DNA from: Bacteroidia bacterium
GTDB taxonomy: Bacteria; Bacteroidota; Bacteroidia; NS11-12g; UBA9320
Direction: 5' to 3'
Assembly (NCBI GenBank): GCA_028247315.1
Contig: JAOKFZ010000001.1
Location: forward strand, 11,248-75,247
DNA length: 64,000 bases
A program made the position numbers and the translations under genes. The first letter of the stretch is position 1. The number at the start of each line of letters is the position of its first letter. Under the pieces are notes generated by a model. It was not told where the DNA came from. It saw only the letters and a program-made list of their open reading frames with translations, and made no database searches. Of the stretch, positions 48,132 to 58,421 are shown piece after piece.

Positions 48132-49406
48132 TTAACTAGTGATCAATCCGGCCAATTCGGCCCAATCCCAAGGTCCCTCTCCATACCAGCAGCCATCAAA
48201 ACTCCACTGAGCAGAAAAGAGTATGGTTGCTACCACTAACCCAATAGCCCAGGCTACTCGCTGTTTTTTTTCTGTCCAGTGCCTAATTACCCTGGACATG
48301 GGCAAACTAAAAAATACAAAAAACTCTATAAAACCCCTGTGTCCAAAGCCACAACCCAAGCTGGGTGACCACCACGCTCCATACACCACACTAATAAGCA
48401 AAAACAGCACTAGAAACCACAACAAATGACGATTCTGTTTGCGGTATTTTACAATACCATAAAGAGCTATTAGCATTATCGGTGCGTAGAGTAAGGCCCC
48501 ATTATTAGGGGCAAACCACAGTTCTAGAAGCTTGATATTATCCCAATTGGAAAAAGACTCGTTGGCATAACCAGTAGCACCAGAAGAACCAAAGGCATAC
48601 TGATTGTACAGCAATTGTAAGATTACCGGGGGACACCCTATAATGGACCCAATACCAACTCCTTTTGCCCAAGTATTTCTAGTGACTTCATTCAGTCGAT
48701 AGCGATAGGTTAAAAGGAAGTAAATGCCTACTACAGCAAAAAATAACCCATTAATGTGCCGTATACTTAGAGCTAGCAGTGATATAGCAACTACTCCTGC
48801 CAATACCATCCAACTTTTAGAAGCCAAAAACCTATAATACAAGTAGATAATTAGAGAATAACAAAACAACAAATACGCATGGGCCATTCCTGCATCACGA
48901 GTGAGGTAGTAGAGTAAATTACTGCACCCAAATAGCAAAAACACCAGCAAGTATGCTTGTGCTCGAGTAAGATTCCATTGTTGTACGGCTATGAGAAAAA
49001 TAAGCAGCAAAGCTAGCGTACCGTATACCGTGGTAGACCAATTGAGTGCCAGATGTTGATTTTCAGTAAAGCCCAAATACACATGTTCTCCCTGCACGTA
49101 ATCTATAGCCGCAGCTAAAGTAAAAAACGGCAATTGCATTACGGCTACACCAATGGGATACTTTGTACGAATTTTGTTGTCTTTGCAGGAGAATCCTGAA
49201 CCGACTAAAGAATCAATTTCTACAGGCATTTGTGCCGCATCCCACTCGTAGTAAAAGGTAGCAGGCAAATACACTTGATATCCTGCCTTATCCGAATAAA
49301 TCTGAGAATGATAATTAAATCGTGGGTGGCGAGAATGCCTATTGAGCGAAACAAAGAGCAACAATCCAAAAAGAAGGACAAACACTATGTTGTCAACCAA
49401 CTTCAT
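48132..49406 (-). CDS. Polytopic membrane protein, possibly a GT-C-fold glycosyltransferase
   Basis: About 11 TM segments. An Asp-containing first external loop (IYSDKAGYQVYLP) is reminiscent of ArnT/PMT-type GT-C enzymes. The assignment is tentative. Confidence 0.45.
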   Translation of the reverse strand: MKLVDNIVFVLLFGLLLFVSLNRHSRHPRFNYHSQIYSDKAGYQVYLPATFYYEWDAAQMPVEIDSLVGSGFSCKDNKIRTKYPIGVAVMQLPFFTLAAAIDYVQGEHVYLGFTENQHLALNWSTTVYGTLALLLIFLIAVQQWNLTRAQAYLLVFLLFGCSNLLYYLTRDAGMAHAYLLFCYSLIIYLYYRFLASKSWMVLAGVVAISLLALSIRHINGLFFAVVGIYFLLTYRYRLNEVTRNTWAKGVGIGSIIGCPPVILQLLYNQYAFGSSGATGYANESFSNWDNIKLLELWFAPNNGALLYAPIMLIALYGIVKYRKQNRHLLWFLVLFLLISVVYGAWWSPSLGCGFGHRGFIEFFVFFSLPMSRVIRHWTEKKQRVAWAIGLVVATILFSAQWSFDGCWYGEGPWDWAELAGLITS

Positions 49407-49413
49407 AGTTGTT

Positions 49414-50406
49414 TTAGCTCTGCATCATTGCCCAAAGTTGGTCTTTGAGGTTTTGTATTCCTTTGCCACTCACTGCGGATATAAACACTACTTCACAATC
49501 TACCTCTATGTCCTGACGTATGGCCTCTTCCAGCTCTTCGTCCAGCATATCTGTTTTGGTGATAGCCAGTATTCGCTGTTTATACATTAGCTCTTCATTG
49601 AATTTTTGCAATTCGTTGAGTAGCGTCTTATACTCTGCATTGATATCATCACTGTCTGCAGATATCATGAACAATAACGCAGCGTTTCTCTCTATGTGTC
49701 TTAGAAATCTGTGTCCCAATCCTTTGCCATCACTTGCCCCTTCTATGATGCCAGGAATATCTGCCATTACAAATGACTTGTAATCACGGTATTTCACGAT
49801 ACCCAAGTTGGGGGTAAGTGTAGTAAATGCATAATCTGCAATTTCTGGCTTTGCCGCCGAAACAACGCTAAGCAGCGTAGATTTACCGGCATTTGGCAAA
49901 CCCACAAGACCAACATCTGCAAGCACTTTTAGCTCCAATACAAACCACTGCTCTCTACCGGGTTGCCCTGGTTGAGCATATCGTGGTGTTTGGTTGGTAG
50001 CACTCTTAAAATTGGCATTACCAAGTCCCCCTTTACCTCCTTTTAAGATTATATACTCTTGGCCCTCTTCTGTGACTTCACCAATAATCTCAAACGTCTC
50101 AGGGTCCTTTATAACTGTACCAAGCGGTACTTCTACTATTTGGTTTTTGCCACTCTTACCCGTTTGGTGTTTTTTCTTTCCCGGTGCACCGTGTTCGCAG
50201 TATACGTGTCGTTTAAACTTAAGGTGCATTAGCGTCCATAGCTGTGAGTTGCCTCGCAGTATGATAGAACCCCCTTTACCTCCGTCGCCTCCATCTGGGC
50301 CACCTTTGGCGTTCAGATTGTCTCTGAAATAACTATGGCTACCAGGTCCACCGTTTCCACTTTTGCCGCAAATTTTTACGTAGTCTATGAAATTCTGATT
50401 GCTCAT
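49414..50406 (-). CDS. obg: GTPase ObgE/CgtA
   Basis: Gly-rich Obg fold (GGNGGPGS...[12 protein letters not shown]) and G motifs [17 protein letters not shown]. Confidence 0.95.
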   Translation of the reverse strand: MSNQNFIDYVKICGKSGNGGPGSHSYFRDNLNAKGGPDGGDGGKGGSIILRGNSQLWTLMHLKFKRHVYCEHGAPGKKKHQTGKSGKNQIVEVPLGTVIKDPETFEIIGEVTEEGQEYIILKGGKGGLGNANFKSATNQTPRYAQPGQPGREQWFVLELKVLADVGLVGLPNAGKSTLLSVVSAAKPEIADYAFTTLTPNLGIVKYRDYKSFVMADIPGIIEGASDGKGLGHRFLRHIERNAALLFMISADSDDINAEYKTLLNELQKFNEELMYKQRILAITKTDMLDEELEEAIRQDIEVDCEVVFISAVSGKGIQNLKDQLWAMMQS

Positions 50407-50444
50407 TTGCTTATTTTGTGGTTTACTTTATACTAAAAAAGCAA

Positions 50445-51023
50445 CTAAGGAAATTTCGCCTCAATTGCGTGACAGAGTCTATCAAATATGGCATCTACAG
50501 TACCCATACCGTGCACTCCCATATACTTTCCTTGCTCTGAATAGAACGCAGCTAGCGGAGACGTCTCTTCCTGATATACCCTAAAACGATTGCGTATAGT
50601 ATCTTCATTTTGATCATCTACTCTACCGCTGGTTTTGCCTCGTTCCAATAATCGTTTCACAAGCTCATCTTCTTCTACCTCTAGTGCAAGCATCATAGTC
50701 ACCGATGTGCCGATCTCACTAAGCACCGTCTCAAGATTTTCTCCTTGAGCTATGGTACGCGGATATCCGTCAAAAATGAAGCCGTTTTCGTTTGTATTAC
50801 GCTCCAAAAAATCCTTTACCATATTGTTAGTCACCTCATCTGGGACTAGCTCCCCCTTGTCGATAAAGCTTTTGGCTAAAATACCAAGTGTGGTTTGATT
50901 CTTTATGTTGTATCTAAAGACGTCACCCGTAGACAGGTGGGTAAGTCCGTATTTCCCGATAAGTTTCGTGCTTTGCGTACCTTTTCCTGCCCCTGGAGGA
51001 CCAAATAAAATAATGTTGAGCAT
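50445..51023 (-). CDS. adk: Adenylate kinase
   Basis: P-loop LFGPPGAGKGTQ, FIFDGYPRT; short-lid type. Confidence 0.95.
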   Translation of the reverse strand: MLNIILFGPPGAGKGTQSTKLIGKYGLTHLSTGDVFRYNIKNQTTLGILAKSFIDKGELVPDEVTNNMVKDFLERNTNENGFIFDGYPRTIAQGENLETVLSEIGTSVTMMLALEVEEDELVKRLLERGKTSGRVDDQNEDTIRNRFRVYQEETSPLAAFYSEQGKYMGVHGMGTVDAIFDRLCHAIEAKFP

Positions 51024-51043
51024 TGTATTCTTCAGTTTGGTGA

Positions 51044-51051
51044 CAAATGTA
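51044..51051 (-). promoter_or_regulatory. Candidate -7 box (TACATTTG) upstream of adk
   Basis: The minus strand reads TACATTTG about 20 nt upstream of the adk ATG. Confidence 0.3.
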
Positions 51052-51076
51052 AATTAATCTGTAGGGTTACTAAGGA

Positions 51077-52552
51077 TTACTTATTAAAAATAGATGATAT
51101 CCTCATTTTTGTTTGATTCCAAATTTTGGTTGCCTCTTCAGATAACTGAAATTTCAAAGAGAAAAATACAAAAATAGACCCCAGTATAATAGTTTTAGAC
51201 ACAATACTTAAAAAAGGGTTTGAAATCTCTGGGAGAAACCAATTAACACCATACAGACACATTGATAAACTAAAGATTAATATCAGTTTTATTTGGAATG
51301 GATGAATTCCAAATTTTCTATAGATATAAATGGTCTTCAGAATATTATACAGAACAACCGACATGAAAGTTGCTAAAGCTGCACCTGTTATATTAAATTC
51401 AGGGATAAATATAATATTAGCTGCAATGTTCAATACTGCCAGAGCAAGTAACGCAATGAGGTTAAATTTATAATATTTGGAATATGAAATAATCAATTCA
51501 TTTACGCTAGTGAGCATGTCAAATAATTTTGCTACTCCCAGAATTAGTATAACAATCTTTCCGCTCTCATACCTTTCTCCATTAGGAATTAGCTTAAATA
51601 AAGCATCTACATTAGTCCATAGTAGTAAAAGTATTAAACACCCAAATAGGAATAGATTGACCCCAGCCTTCTTATAGATCGTTTCTACCTCTTGGATATC
51701 GTCTCGTGCTAGTGCTGAGACTATTACGGGACCCGATACGGCTAGTATGCCTGCAGTTGGGATCATTAGAAGATTAGACGCGTTTAATGCTATTGTATAA
51801 ACGCCTGTTCTGGAGAAATTAAGAATATCCGACACCATGAAAATATCAATTCTATTGGCCAAACCACTTCCTAACGTTCCAAGAATTCCAAAACCTGCAA
51901 AAACCGCGATTTTATTAATCTTCTCCCTGGTAAAAAAAGAGAAGTTAAAGAGCAGTTTGAAATTTCCTTTTTTCCATAGATAAAGTAGTATGAAAAATGT
52001 ACTCGAGAGATAAACCAACCCCAGAGAGTTTAGCATCCAATCAAAATCAAATACCTCATAGAAATATGTCAATCCAAATATTGCAACAGTCAGTTTTACA
52101 TACAAATTTTTGAATAAAGAAGGTACTGTAACAAGGCCAAAATTTGAAGAATAACTGTAACCCAAAGAACCAAATACTATAGCAGCAGCCACTATAAATA
52201 TAACTAACCTGTTTGACAGGATATTATCTGAGAGGTAAGCATGAAAATAGAACAAGATCAATGCTAAAATACCAAGCCCAATGACCACAACTCCTATTGA
52301 GAAAGTTAGTATACCTCTATTTCGATTATCCTCCGTTTTGAAATCAGGAAAGAATCTAATTACTACATTGAAAATACCTAGACTAGAAAAACTCGCCATC
52401 AACATAGCTACTTCTTGTATGTACCTTATTTGCCCTAGCTCACTCTCATCAAAACAGAGCGTGAAAAGGAAAAAAGTATTCAGAATTCCAATAAGGGCTC
52501 CAGCGTAGTTTACTACACTAGCTTTCAAGGATTGTCTCTCTATTACTCCCAT
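51077..52552 (-). CDS. Oligosaccharide/polysaccharide flippase (Wzx, MOP superfamily)
   Basis: 491 aa with about 14 TM segments. Sits in a glycan-gene context and is visibly A/T-rich. Confidence 0.7.
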   Translation of the reverse strand: MGVIERQSLKASVVNYAGALIGILNTFFLFTLCFDESELGQIRYIQEVAMLMASFSSLGIFNVVIRFFPDFKTEDNRNRGILTFSIGVVVIGLGILALILFYFHAYLSDNILSNRLVIFIVAAAIVFGSLGYSYSSNFGLVTVPSLFKNLYVKLTVAIFGLTYFYEVFDFDWMLNSLGLVYLSSTFFILLYLWKKGNFKLLFNFSFFTREKINKIAVFAGFGILGTLGSGLANRIDIFMVSDILNFSRTGVYTIALNASNLLMIPTAGILAVSGPVIVSALARDDIQEVETIYKKAGVNLFLFGCLILLLLWTNVDALFKLIPNGERYESGKIVILILGVAKLFDMLTSVNELIISYSKYYKFNLIALLALAVLNIAANIIFIPEFNITGAALATFMSVVLYNILKTIYIYRKFGIHPFQIKLILIFSLSMCLYGVNWFLPEISNPFLSIVSKTIILGSIFVFFSLKFQLSEEATKIWNQTKMRISSIFNK

Positions 52553-52632
52553 TTCTTAACCAATATAGACTATCACACTTTAGCTTCCCTAATTTTTTTG
52601 ATAATCTGAGATAGTTTGAGTTCTACTCATAA

Positions 52633-53694
52633 TTAAACTATACTAATAACATCTACTAACTCAGAAGGATACGCAAGAAGTATAACTTCAGAGTGGCAAT
52701 GATTATCCTTGACCTCTGAGGTCATTTTCCTTAAACAAAACGAGTAGTTTCTCAGCTCTTTTTCTAGCAGAGGTTTAATCTCAAAGAACTCTATTGGATT
52801 GTGATATATCGCTATAGAAAGTATAGGCCTATGCTCCTTTATTGAGTCTAACCCTCCTTTTACAAAATGCATTGCATAGCCTTCAATATCTACTTTAACA
52901 AATTTTGGCCTTATTGAATATTGATTCACCAGCTCATCAAATGTCTTTTGTTTTATAGAGATATGATCATATTTTCCTCTTTCTCTCATCAGTGAAAATC
53001 CTGCAGAACCTGTATCTGGCAATTCCATGTTTGGCAAGTTATCTTCCGCACTAATTGCTACATTTATTAGTTCAAATTTCGCAGGATCTATCCCTTCATT
53101 ACTCACATTTTCTAGATACGCCGCTACACTTCTTTTAGAAATTTCAACAGAGTACATCTTCCTATAATCATACTTACTCAGTGCAATGGTAGAGTCCCCC
53201 ACATAAGCCCCTAAGTCTACAAAATCTTCATTTTTTATGTAGTCATGTGCTTTTTTTGAAAAGAGCGATAATCCGTGATCAAAGTAAAAAACGGAATCTG
53301 AAATATGCTGTCTTCCTAATTTATACTTCTGAGACTGCTCATCGAGAAAAAGGCCGATTTTTTCTTTATTAGATTTAGTTTCTACTTCTAGTAGACCTCC
53401 TTCGATCTTATTATTTTCATCTATGGGAACCTTTACACTTTCATCAGGATAAGATAAAAACCTATTAGACATTATGTCAACTACTTTCTGAGACTCTGAG
53501 TCTAGTCTTTTAGATAGGTTAGACTTTATATCTTCTAGCTTCCGCTCTTTTATGTATGTTTTGAAACTACCACCTAAACTATCCGTGATGTAGATATAAT
53601 AGGGTTTATTAAAGGATGCAATTTTTTTCTGTATACTTATTAAAAAAAAGTAAATCTTAGGCAAATTAGACCTTATGTATTTTCCGATTTTCAT
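52633..53694 (-). CDS. FkbM-family SAM-dependent methyltransferase
   Basis: SAM motif FVDLGAYVGDSTIAL and the FkbM C-terminal block FVKVDIEGYA. Confidence 0.7.
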   Translation of the reverse strand: MKIGKYIRSNLPKIYFFLISIQKKIASFNKPYYIYITDSLGGSFKTYIKERKLEDIKSNLSKRLDSESQKVVDIMSNRFLSYPDESVKVPIDENNKIEGGLLEVETKSNKEKIGLFLDEQSQKYKLGRQHISDSVFYFDHGLSLFSKKAHDYIKNEDFVDLGAYVGDSTIALSKYDYRKMYSVEISKRSVAAYLENVSNEGIDPAKFELINVAISAEDNLPNMELPDTGSAGFSLMRERGKYDHISIKQKTFDELVNQYSIRPKFVKVDIEGYAMHFVKGGLDSIKEHRPILSIAIYHNPIEFFEIKPLLEKELRNYSFCLRKMTSEVKDNHCHSEVILLAYPSELVDVISIV

Positions 53695-53698
53695 AATA

Positions 53699-54577
53699 TC
53701 AATGTTTTAGTAAAAATTTCACTATAGTACTTTTAAAATATCTCTTCCAATAAACATAGTTTATATACTTAGAAGTTTCAGCCCATTTACTCGGCGTTGT
53801 TTCTAGATCCATTCCGAAATTTTCAAGGCTTTTACTCCTTACAACTGGTAGTCCCCTAAAAAAAGAGTTGCTCACATTTGTCTGATGTACCACTTGTAGC
53901 CAAAGAGGCTGACATAATACAAATCTCACCATACGTGATTTTTTTGAAAACCACTCTACCCAAATTTCCTTATAAATCCGTAATCTCAAGTTTGGCCAAA
54001 TAGTATGTCCTTTCTCGAAAATCCCTTTTGCAACCTTGCTATCTTCAACAATTGTTAAAAAAGGTGACATAGGATAAAAATAATGAGCCATTTTCTTTCG
54101 GCTTTCGTCAAATACATATCCTGAAGCTAATGAGACTAAATAACCATGCTTGAACTCTAGTTCTTGCTGAATAATCTTAACCATATTTCTATGAACGGCA
54201 TCATCATTATCCATTCGAGAAGTGACAATCCATCTGGTATCTTTATCTATTTTTTGATATGCAGCATCCATATAATGGTTTTGGAAACCCTCCGCACCTG
54301 AGCATAAAAAAACCTCAATATTTGGATATTCATTCATCTCATCAATAAATCCTAGAAACTCTTGAGGAGTTTCTGAATCAAGATATAGCAACCAAGTAAA
54401 ATCCTTCTCAGATTGATTGAGCACAGAGGGCAAACAGTATTTCTTGAATAAGATAATCCTATTTCTAGTCCAATTCACCCATTTCTCATACTCATTATTT
54501 TCAGACTTCGGAAAATTACGAAGATTGAATTGCGTTATGATGAAATGCTTATAATTCAGATCCTGGCTCATTCCCAT
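53699..54577 (-). CDS. Putative glycosyltransferase (rhamnosyltransferase-like family)
   Basis: N-terminal FIITQFNLRN...WTRNRIILFKKYCLPSVLNQSEKDFTWLLYLDSETP resembles the 'putative rhamnosyl transferase' family pattern. Confidence 0.55.
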   Translation of the reverse strand: MGMSQDLNYKHFIITQFNLRNFPKSENNEYEKWVNWTRNRIILFKKYCLPSVLNQSEKDFTWLLYLDSETPQEFLGFIDEMNEYPNIEVFLCSGAEGFQNHYMDAAYQKIDKDTRWIVTSRMDNDDAVHRNMVKIIQQELEFKHGYLVSLASGYVFDESRKKMAHYFYPMSPFLTIVEDSKVAKGIFEKGHTIWPNLRLRIYKEIWVEWFSKKSRMVRFVLCQPLWLQVVHQTNVSNSFFRGLPVVRSKSLENFGMDLETTPSKWAETSKYINYVYWKRYFKSTIVKFLLKH

Positions 54578-54701
54578 TTCACTTTGTGAACTTCAAACTT
54601 AACACATCTTAGAGTAGAGTACAATCAATTTCAGATAATACTAATATGTACTAACTAAATGCTCATTCTAAATTGATCTTCCTTTTGACTCACCAGTTAT
54701 T

Positions 54702-55098
54702 TCAACATTCTGTCCCCAACGTTCGGGGCGGTATAGGATAACAGTCTTGCTCAATTACTTTTCTATTCTTAGCCCTCAGATCGTAAATGTAGTCCCTAGA
54801 AGTGGGGACAAACCATACGATAATTTAAGCACCTTGAACTAAGCACTAAGTTCAGATAGAAGCCAAACTATCATCCTTATGTCCTTTTTTTTTATCTCCC
54901 AGAGAATCTACAATCACTATAGAGACTGTCGGTAGTAAATCTGAATAATTAAGCAATAGTTTTTTCTACGAATCACTTTTGTCTTCCAAAAAAAAAGATT
55001 GTCCAGCAGTGTAAATCTTGATATATAATGGATGAAACTCTTGCAAATTAAACAATCACCATCGTAGTAAATTATTATTTCACTACTATCTTGTTTTG
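54702..55098 (-). pseudogene. Decayed DCC1-like (DUF393) thiol-disulfide oxidoreductase gene
   Basis: Minus-strand translation gives EIIIYYDGDCLICKSFIHYISRF (the YDGxCxxC motif). After a frame change at a T9 run (A9 on the plus strand, 54990-54998) it gives LEDKSDS*KKLLLNYSDLLPTVSIVIVDSLGDKKKGHKDDSLASI*..*...*IIVWFVPTSRDYIYDLRAKNRKVIEQDCYPIPP. There is no in-frame start, one frameshift and at least four in-frame stops. Confidence 0.6.
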
Positions 55099-55351
55099 AC
55101 TTGAGTAAATCATCAAACTACTCTTTTAGTCTTAGTGTGTCAGTAAAATTGCCGTAATCTAAATCACTAAACAGGCTAAACAAGAATAATCCTGCAGAGA
55201 ACATATGCATAATAAAACCAGACCATAGAGTGAGTAAAATATCCGTATATAATCTCATAATGAACAGCCCAATTAAGCCTCATCAAAACAAAACGTATAA
55301 ATAAAAAATGTATTGAGTACTTCTACTAGAGCAGCTAAATACCCAACAGTG

Positions 55352-56569
55352 CTAGACTTTAAGGTTTGTCTTGCTATTACTCCCATTACACGAAGCTAAA
55401 GAGCGATAAACTTCATATAAATTCTCTGTATGATTTTCGGAATCAAAGTGAGTGTGCAGATACTCCTTACCTCGCCTGCCCATTGCAATTCTCGCACTAG
55501 TATTTCTTGCAATTTCTAAAATATGTTTCAGATAATCCTCTTTCTCAGAAAACACAAGACCACATCTAGCCTTTAGTACTAGTTCCATTTGTGGCGTGCA
55601 AGCAGAAACTATGAGCGGTTTCCCAGCATACATATACTGAAATATCTTATTCGCAACACCTGAGTTATGTTGCTCATTGATATGAAAGGGAGCAAGGCAA
55701 ACGTCTACTCTATCAAGTTCAGTGAGTAGTTCTTCTAATGGTATCCATGGCACATATTCAACTCCATTCTTTAGAGATTCTCTCTTTAGATAATCCTCAA
55801 AATTTGCTTTATCTGCCTTATCTACTGGGCCTATAATTCGGAGCAACACATTTGGATCGTTAGCAAGTGCTCGTTCAAAAATATCGAGTGTTTCAAATAT
55901 TCCTCTCCGCTCAGCCACCACACCAAAATACAGAAATGTCACTCTAGTATCCCTTTTCTGTTGCTTGTCTATTTGAAAATTTTCAAAACGAGAGAAATCA
56001 ATAACATTAGGGAATACTGAAATATTCATCGCGTTTAGAGAAGGATATTTCAAGGCTAAATCTTGTTTATAATTATTAGAGAGAGTTATAATACGATCCA
56101 CTCCTTCCAAGATATCTTTTTCTTTCTTAGCCCATAAATGAGGTTGTGTAAGCATTTGCCGAAAGAAACCTTTTGTCCAATTATAGGTTGAGACGGTCGC
56201 CGGAAAATTTTCATGTAAATCTACGATTAACTTTACGTCTCTTCGGCTACTCATTATTGCCGCCGCCGCCGGAGGAGCCATGTATAAGTCGTGTACATGC
56301 AGGACATCGATACTATACTTGGCAATAAACTTCTTAATCCCAGCCTGCCATATCCACTTGTATATGGGCAACCAACTGGACATCGCAAATAGTGCATTCT
56401 TAGCCCTTTTGCCTAATGCTACATAATCTACACTTGTTTCATAAATTAAGTCCTGCTCAGTTTTAAAGCATAGCACTTTCACATCAAATTTTTCTCTGAG
56501 CATAGCTGCTTCTTTAAAAACCCTAACGTCATTTACAAAATCATTATCTACTACTATCCCTACTTTCAT
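55352..56569 (-). CDS. Glycosyltransferase family 4 (GT-B, group 1)
   Basis: N-terminal MKVGIVVDNDFVNDVRV and a C-terminal GT1 domain with PFHINEQHNSGVANKIFQYMYAGKPLIV (the E-x7-E-like region). Confidence 0.8.
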   Translation of the reverse strand: MKVGIVVDNDFVNDVRVFKEAAMLREKFDVKVLCFKTEQDLIYETSVDYVALGKRAKNALFAMSSWLPIYKWIWQAGIKKFIAKYSIDVLHVHDLYMAPPAAAAIMSSRRDVKLIVDLHENFPATVSTYNWTKGFFRQMLTQPHLWAKKEKDILEGVDRIITLSNNYKQDLALKYPSLNAMNISVFPNVIDFSRFENFQIDKQQKRDTRVTFLYFGVVAERRGIFETLDIFERALANDPNVLLRIIGPVDKADKANFEDYLKRESLKNGVEYVPWIPLEELLTELDRVDVCLAPFHINEQHNSGVANKIFQYMYAGKPLIVSACTPQMELVLKARCGLVFSEKEDYLKHILEIARNTSARIAMGRRGKEYLHTHFDSENHTENLYEVYRSLASCNGSNSKTNLKV

Positions 56570-56908
56570 TAAGAAGAATCAAAGTTAGATATTCTAGTGA
56601 ACTTGGCAGACAAAATCTTTTGTGAACAGAGTTTTTAAAATAGATCAAATACAAAATTATCAAATAACAGGCCGCCGAAACTTTTCATTTTGAAGCTACA
56701 AATTCAGCAAATCGTGGATAAAGGGAAACATTTAACAGAAAATACTCATTTATCAAAATTTCGAGCCATTTTTGTTGCTAATACAGTAAAACTTATATGA
56801 TATTCGACCAGAGCGTAAAACCCTGTCTTAAACGTGAAAAATTCATTAATTCATTACACGTAAACCTTCCAAAGGAGGCTATAAATATCTCCAGATTTAG
56901 ATATAAAA

Positions 56909-57073
56909 ATGATTGCAAAAAAAATTGACACCTATCTTAATCTTGACGAGTCAATACAACAAGAGTATAGAGAGGCCGCACACTTAAAATGGAAGCTGGA
57001 ATATAGAGGATCGACTAATTATGATAAATTTGCGAGCCAAATATCTTCGATTCAAATAACCAGTGAAATTTGA
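56909..57073 (+). pseudogene. 54-codon ORF resembling the C-terminal tail of a group-1 glycosyltransferase (probable gene relic)
   Basis: MIAKKIDTYLNLDESIQQEYREAAHLKWKLEY... looks like the usual LAxxIxxLLxDxxxxxxxxxxA tail. Upstream frames (about 56650-56908) give further GT-like fragments broken by stops. The ORF overlaps the next gene's TTG start by 4 nt. Confidence 0.3.
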
Positions 57074-58347
57074 ACAAACACATCCTACTCATAACCTACT
57101 ACTGGCCACCAGACAATAGCTCTGGAGTACAGCGATGGGCGTACTTTGCTCATTATCTTGATAAACTAGGACACACAGTAGAGGTGGTAACCGTAGACCC
57201 TTCCAAGGCGAGCTACAAAAATACAGACGACAGTTTCACCCAATTGGTAAAGGACATAAAATTTCATACAACTAGTACTTTTGAGCTTTTAAAAGCGTAC
57301 TCTTTGCTCACCACAGGAGACTCCAAAAAAGGCATACCACGTGGAAGTGTGGATGACAATAAAAGCATCGTAAAAAAAATAGCTAATAAAATAAAGGCCG
57401 ATTTCTTCGTGCCAGATGCACGTGTAGGGTGGAATAGGTTTGCATTGACTGCTACTAGACTCCTTGTAAAACAAGATACCATAATAATCACCACTGGACC
57501 ACCACAATCTACACATTTAGTAGGGCTAGAACTGAAAAACATATTTCCTAACAACACGTGGATAGCAGATTTCAGAGACCCATGGCTAGAGTTGTATTCT
57601 AATAAAGACCAACCACAAAGCAAATGGGCTGCACTCAAAAATGCACGTCTAGAAGATAAAGTCCTCCAGCAAGCTGATGCAGTGACCACCATAGGTCCTT
57701 CATTAGCCAAGATGCTAGAACAGAAGGTAAGCAAAAAAGAAAAAGTGCACTATTTCTACAATGGGTACGATGAGGCTAAAATGGAGAATGTTACGCCATA
57801 CGAAACACCTAATTTTACGATCACATTCATTGGACTACTAGCAGAGGATTACGACACCGCTGGATTCCTAGCAGCATTGAAAATCTTTGCACTAGCACAC
57901 TCACCCACCAAAATAGCCTTGACCCTCGCAGGCAATATTGCTCAATCATTTTTGAATCAAGCAAACGAAATAGAGAACTTGGAAGTGCACCACAAAGGGT
58001 TTGTGTCTCATACAGAAAGCTTGCGATTAATGAAATCCGCTTCTTTACTTTTTACTATACTACCATCTCAAGAGCAAGACGAGATTATCATTTCTGGTAA
58101 AATGATGGAATATCTTGCGGCTCGTAAACCGATATTATGTATTGGCAATAGAAATGGTGATGCGGCCTCACTAATAGATCAATGCGAGGCGGGCACAGTT
58201 GTAAACCACAACCAAAGCGAGGCCATGACGAAATTTATGGAGCAATGCTACTCTGAAGAATTCATACTAAAAAGCCACACAGACATCTCACAATATAGCC
58301 GTAAGGAAGTAGCAGATAAATTCGCTATTCTATTAAAAGACTTGTAG
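57070..58347 (+). CDS. Glycosyltransferase family 4 (GT-B), TTG start
   Basis: ILLITYYWPPDNSSGVQRW N-terminus and a C-terminal GT1 region with IISGKMMEYLAARKPILCIG. Confidence 0.8.
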   Translation: MNKHILLITYYWPPDNSSGVQRWAYFAHYLDKLGHTVEVVTVDPSKASYKNTDDSFTQLVKDIKFHTTSTFELLKAYSLLTTGDSKKGIPRGSVDDNKSIVKKIANKIKADFFVPDARVGWNRFALTATRLLVKQDTIIITTGPPQSTHLVGLELKNIFPNNTWIADFRDPWLELYSNKDQPQSKWAALKNARLEDKVLQQADAVTTIGPSLAKMLEQKVSKKEKVHYFYNGYDEAKMENVTPYETPNFTITFIGLLAEDYDTAGFLAALKIFALAHSPTKIALTLAGNIAQSFLNQANEIENLEVHHKGFVSHTESLRLMKSASLLFTILPSQEQDEIIISGKMMEYLAARKPILCIGNRNGDAASLIDQCEAGTVVNHNQSEAMTKFMEQCYSEEFILKSHTDISQYSRKEVADKFAILLKDL

Positions 58348-58421
58348 TCGAGGCCCACAGAATAATTGGACCTTATTGTGTGTTACTTCACAAAGTAATT
58401 CTATTTTTGAGCCTACGCATC

